Translations under genes and position numbers: made by a program
Assembly (NCBI RefSeq): GCF_000315625.1
Contig: NW_005434532.1
Coordinates: 33,410-97,409 of the forward strand
DNA from: Guillardia theta CCMP2712
Lineage: Eukaryota > Protista > Cryptophyta
DNA: 64,000 bases
Direction of reading: 5' to 3'
The notes under the pieces: generated by a model
The model's input: the letters and a program-made list of their open reading frames with translations, nothing else
What the model was told of the DNA's origin: nothing
Database searches by the model: none
Shown: positions 59,892 to 64,000 of the stretch, one piece after another
How the letters are laid out: every line of letters starts with the position of its first letter
Numbering within the stretch: position 1 is the first letter of the stretch

Positions 59892-60902
59892 TCATTCTGG
59901 AGGAGACACCGTTAGGTTGAGCTTGTCGATCTTCTTCCAGATCTTGCAGATGTGGTAGTGGTTGTTGACCAGGCACGCCAGGTCTGCCCCGATGATGCTG
60001 TAGAAAGGCTTCGCGATCGTGTGATGGAAGATCACGATGGAGCCAAGCTCGGTCGCATCCCACAAGCTCTGATTCCTAAGAGCCACGACCGCGTTGTAGT
60101 TGTACACGTCCGGCAGGAGCATCGATCTGTGCTCGAAGTACTTGTTCAGGAAGCCTTGCTCCGACATCTTGGCATCAAACTCCAGCGTGGTGATGCTTGC
60201 GATGAGGTCGACAAACAGCCGCCTGTCCGGAATCACCAGCATCATCCCCGCGTTCGCCGACGATCCTTTGAACACGCTGTAGGGCTGGTCATGCACCCAC
60301 CCCAGGTTGAGCTTCCTGGCCTTGAGCTCGGGTACATAGCGGTCAAAGAGCGGCATCATGTCTCCCAGCACCGACATGTCTGAGTCCAGGAACAACACCG
60401 CCTTGTACTGCGTCGCGTTGAACACGTGCAGCTTCGTGAAGAGAGGGATGAAGCGAGGAGAGTCGACCTTGGCTATCATGCTCTCCGGCATCTTGATCTC
60501 GGGTACCAGCACGAGCTTCCATCCCACCTCCTTCATCCTCTGCAGGTCTGCCTGGAACGAGGGCTCTCTCGCTACCTCGTCGATCACCAGCGAGATGGTC
60601 TCGACGCGGCAGCTGTCAAGCTTCCCGAACAAGGTGATGCTCTTCCTCAGCGTGGTCGCTCCTCTCGGGTAGTCCGGGTCTGTGCTGGATATGATGGTGA
60701 AGACAGCGTACTCGCGGGTCGAGTTGCACCGTGGGGCGCCCTTGAGCTTCTGCTCGTACTCGCTGAGCATCCTCGTGACGAGGAGGTCGGAGAAGGACTG
60801 GTCCGAGGAGACCAGGTTGGAGACGATCTCGAAGACCGTGACAGCGAGCACGCAGAAGCAAGTGAGCTTGTTGAGACAGGCCATGTTAAGTCCTATCGCC
60901 AT
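59892..60902 (-). CDS. GT8-family glycosyltransferase, copy 2, intronless
   Basis: Protein is identical to copy 1 from MAIGLN to LTVSP; only the last two residues differ. Confidence 0.93.
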   Translation of the reverse strand: MAIGLNMACLNKLTCFCVLAVTVFEIVSNLVSSDQSFSDLLVTRMLSEYEQKLKGAPRCNSTREYAVFTIISSTDPDYPRGATTLRKSITLFGKLDSCRVETISLVIDEVAREPSFQADLQRMKEVGWKLVLVPEIKMPESMIAKVDSPRFIPLFTKLHVFNATQYKAVLFLDSDMSVLGDMMPLFDRYVPELKARKLNLGWVHDQPYSVFKGSSANAGMMLVIPDRRLFVDLIASITTLEFDAKMSEQGFLNKYFEHRSMLLPDVYNYNAVVALRNQSLWDATELGSIVIFHHTIAKPFYSIIGADLACLVNNHYHICKIWKKIDKLNLTVSPPE

Positions 60903-61813
60903 CGATGCAGGTATTCGCTTGGATTCGAGGAGGAACGTACGATTCAGAATGTCCAACCTGATATGAAAGAGAGAGCACAGGGTTCCTGCTTCAGATTTCT
61001 TGGAGACGTCTTACTTTGACGGTACAGCTTGATTACTTTACAAATGAACTCATTGGCAGAGGCGAGAAAGAGATAATCTAAGGGAGGGAAAGCATGATCA
61101 GGATGTATGGCAAGGATGTTTTCCAAAAGAACTCGGAGGGAAAGCTTACACGCACCTGGTATGGAAGTCCTGTAGGCAGGCAGAGAGGCAGCAGTGTTGA
61201 GGAGTTGAGATGCAGACCAAGAGGATCAATTATCAGTTCATCCCCCCCTCACCATCTCTGCGCACGCGCATGCGATACCCATTGCCATACAGGGCTTGAA
61301 ACAACTTGGAGGAATCAAGTTACGCTCGATTTGGTTTAGACTTCGTCATCTAATTGGTTGAACTGGGGGACTACCAGCCTTTTCTTGTGTAATTTGATCA
61401 AATTAAGATACACAATGATCCAATTCCAACGTGTCTAAATAGCGATGACCCCCGCCCGAATGGAGATTGGTACCTCATGTACCCCCATCTCTTAGCACAA
61501 ATAGTACCCCTACCATACAACCCCCCACACTACTAGGCTAAAGTTTGACTCGATGACAACTCGGAGGCTCGTCAAACATTCATACCACCCCTTTAATTTC
61601 CTTTGACTCATGGCTATTGCAGGGGTAGGGTACCAGTGACTGGCTGAGGTCACAAAAACTGACTCGGATGAAGTTTTGATGACATTGGTCAAGGTTGACT
61701 GATTTTATAACCAAGAAGTCAGTCACTGACCTCGGCCGGGCCGGCTTCCGGGCCCGGGCCCGGGTAGGATGCGACCGCAATGGCCGCTGGCATGATGAAG
61801 GTCGGGTAAGAGG

Positions 61814-63628
61814 ATGCGAGGGGGAGAACTAGCGGGAATGATGCTGCTGCTAGCGGTGAAGGTTGAAGGCATGCGGGACAAGGAGAGAGGAAGCGCAGCT
61901 CTGCTTGAAGGCATGCGGGACAAGGAGAGAGGAAGCGCAGCTCTGCTGCCTCGCTGCTCCTGCCAGTGTCATGAGGAAATTGCTCTTCGATCCTCTCTTA
62001 CAGGAGGAGCCTCTAGCCTCGGTCGATCCTCTCTTAGAGGAGGAGCCTCTAGCCTCGGTGGGTTTGTGGACTGGCGGAAGGAGCTCAACACATCAAGGAT
62101 GTTTACGGGAGGGACTGCGGCAAACATGACGAGGAGCGGGCTCAGAGTTGCTCAGAGGACGTGGGACCCACACGTCCAGCAGCTCAACCTGAAGCATGCG
62201 GAGCAAGAGCGGAGGACTCGGACACTGCGATTCTTGGAGAAGATGGACAAGCTTGTGAGCTTTTTGAATGAGACGGTGACAAACAGCACGAGGGATAAGA
62301 AGCGAGGGAAAGACAACCTAGGAAGGAAGAAGCGGCAGGCGAGGAAGCACTTGATGGAGACGTTGATTAAGAACCAACAAGAACTCGCCTCCGAGAAAGA
62401 CTTCGACAAGCAGAGCAAGGTCCTTGGCTTGCGCAGCTCGGATCATCCTGACCCCCATCCTGTGCTTGTAGACCATCACCCGCATCCAGCGAACCATCGC
62501 AGATCCCAACGTGCTGCTGTCGACAGGGCTGGCTGATCCGAGGCACGAGAAGCGGATAAGGGCGGAGAGAGAGTGGGAGAGAAGGAACAAGGAGCGTGTG
62601 GACCCGCTGGACCCCTTCGCCCCAACAAGGAAATGGCTCAACTACACTGAAGTGATGACTCCTCAACTTATGCTTCCCCCCTCTCGCCCCCTCCTCTCCT
62701 CCTTCCCCTCTCCTCTCCTCCTTCCCCTCTCCTCTCCTCCTTCCCCTCTCCTCTCCTCCTTCCCCTCTCCCCCCTCTTCCCCCCTCCTCTCGCTTGCTCA
62801 CGAAAAACCCTTGTAGGCACATCGCATGTTGCCCCTAGGAGGAGAAGAGCGCCGGCGAGAAGGCATCTATGACTCGAGCGAGATGGAGGAAGGGCAGGGG
62901 GAGGAGAGCGGGATGTTTGGGCTTGATATCGAGACAAAGAAGAAGACGCCATGGCACTGCCCTGTCTGCGACGTGTCTGTGACCAACAGCCTGGCGTGGA
63001 AGCAACACATCCACGGAAAGAAGCACATGCGAGCCTCAGGCTACTCCATGCGGGCTAAGCCCAAGACTGAAGAAGACATTCTCAACGGTGAAAGTGGGGG
63101 GGGAGGGGGAGGGGAAGGGAAGGAGGGAGGGAGGGATGAAAGGGAAGCGGGTGGAGATGGAAGTGCGAGGTGCATGATGTGAATATCAGAGATGGAAGAG
63201 ATCTGTAAACAACTTGGACGGAAGGAGCGAGGAGAGACGCGAAGGGTGAAGAGAAATCGGGAGACGAGAAAGGAAGGCGCTGAAGGAGAGAAGGAGGAGC
63301 AGGAGGTCACTCGACTTGAAAGCGGTGAGATGTATTTGAACTAGAGGACAGTTCTGATCTAGCCATGCAGAAGAAGAGTCGTCTGACGAGGAGTTCATGA
63401 GGTTTTCCTCCTCCTTCCCTTCCTCCTCCTCTTCCGTATTTCCTCCATGTCTCCTTCCCCCTTCTTACCAAGTAGTCCGGCAAAACCCTTCTTCCTCCCT
63501 CTTTTCGTTGTTCATCGCTGATCGCCTCTTTCAGAAACTTTCCTGACGTTGAGAACATGGACGTCGACACTGTCTTCAAGATCATGCAGAGGCTTGTTGC
63601 CGGCGCAAATGGCGCTGCTCTTTCTTAG
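61814..63628 (+). CDS. ZMAT2/Snu23-like U1-type C2H2 zinc-finger protein with N-terminal extension, 6 exons
   Basis: WHCPVCDVSVTNSLAWKQHIHGKKHMRASGYSMRAKPKTEEDI resembles ZMAT2 YYCxVCD..HINGKKHQR.LGMSMRV. QRTWD occurs near the N-terminus. Exons splice in phase to TAG 63626-63628. Confidence 0.7.
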
Positions 63629-63802
63629 ACAGCTTCTTGTTCTGCTCCTCCCGCCGCATCTCCCTCTCATTCTCCTCCTTTGATCCTTGCTTCCGCTGAG
63701 CTTCTTGCCTGTCCCTCTTCTGTTGAGCCAGCAAATGCTTCTCGTCCTTCTGCATGTGCTTGCGAAGGACGTGGACGTCGCTACCAGTGCTCCCCGACAA
63801 CT
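63582..63802 (-). CDS. Terminal exon of a gene extending beyond the window (charged coiled-coil C-terminus)
   Basis: After acceptor ctcag: LSGSTGSDVHVLRKHMQKDEKHLLAQQKRDRQEAQRKQG..HLRRQQASA*. Upstream sequence is CT-rich and intron-like. Confidence 0.6.
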
Positions 63803-64000
63803 CTGAGATCCAGTCAAACAGCCAACAGGCATGAGGGCAGCGCAAAGAAAGGTAGAGGAGGAGGAGGAGGAGGAGGAGGAGGAGGAGGATGCGGGGGTGG
63901 TAAAGGAGGAGCAGACGGGGCAAATGACTGCACATTGGAGAGGAGGAGGAGGAGGAGGAGGAGGAGGAGGAGGAGGAGGAGGAGGAGGGGATAGGGTAGC

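Noticed and set aside
51848-60910. LTR retrotransposon with 1-kb LTRs
   Set aside because: The direct repeats are GT8 coding sequences. No TG..CA ends, target-site duplication, gag or pol are visible.

Overview
This is gene-dense eukaryotic nuclear DNA with spliceosomal introns. Introns are either about 40-60 nt or expanded into purine- or pyrimidine-only microsatellite tracts, and a TGAC/CTGAC branch motif often sits just before the AG. The style suggests a cryptophyte alga (Guillardia/Hanusia-like); that assignment is inference. Most ORFs in the supplied track are low-complexity or antisense artefacts, so genes were rebuilt by hand-splicing. Recognisable genes are a CHR chromate transporter, RPL36, SMG9, an eIF4E-family protein, a ZIP transporter, METTL26/DUF938, ADA2, a sphingosine kinase-like protein, SLY1, two near-identical GT8 glycosyltransferases and a ZMAT2/Snu23-like zinc finger, plus several unknowns. 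Four observations stand out. (1) A ~660-aa type-I membrane protein is largely missed by the ORF track; it has 8 Gly/Pro/His repeats, each with an N-G-T sequon and a (Gly-Ser)n run, then two GLG1-type Cys-rich repeats, and it lies between the two GT8 copies, whose identity stops at the CDS ends. This is a candidate surface-glycoprotein/glycosyltransferase module. (2) The eIF4E has a long acidic stalk and a C-terminal tail anchor. (3) A head-to-head pair of small YGT-TM-RxxLY precursor proteins. (4) Recurrent intergenic domains built from a restricted word vocabulary (TACCC/GGGTA-skewed tracts next to very GC-rich TGAGTCA/CCGG islands). Exon coordinates are manual and may be off by a few bases.
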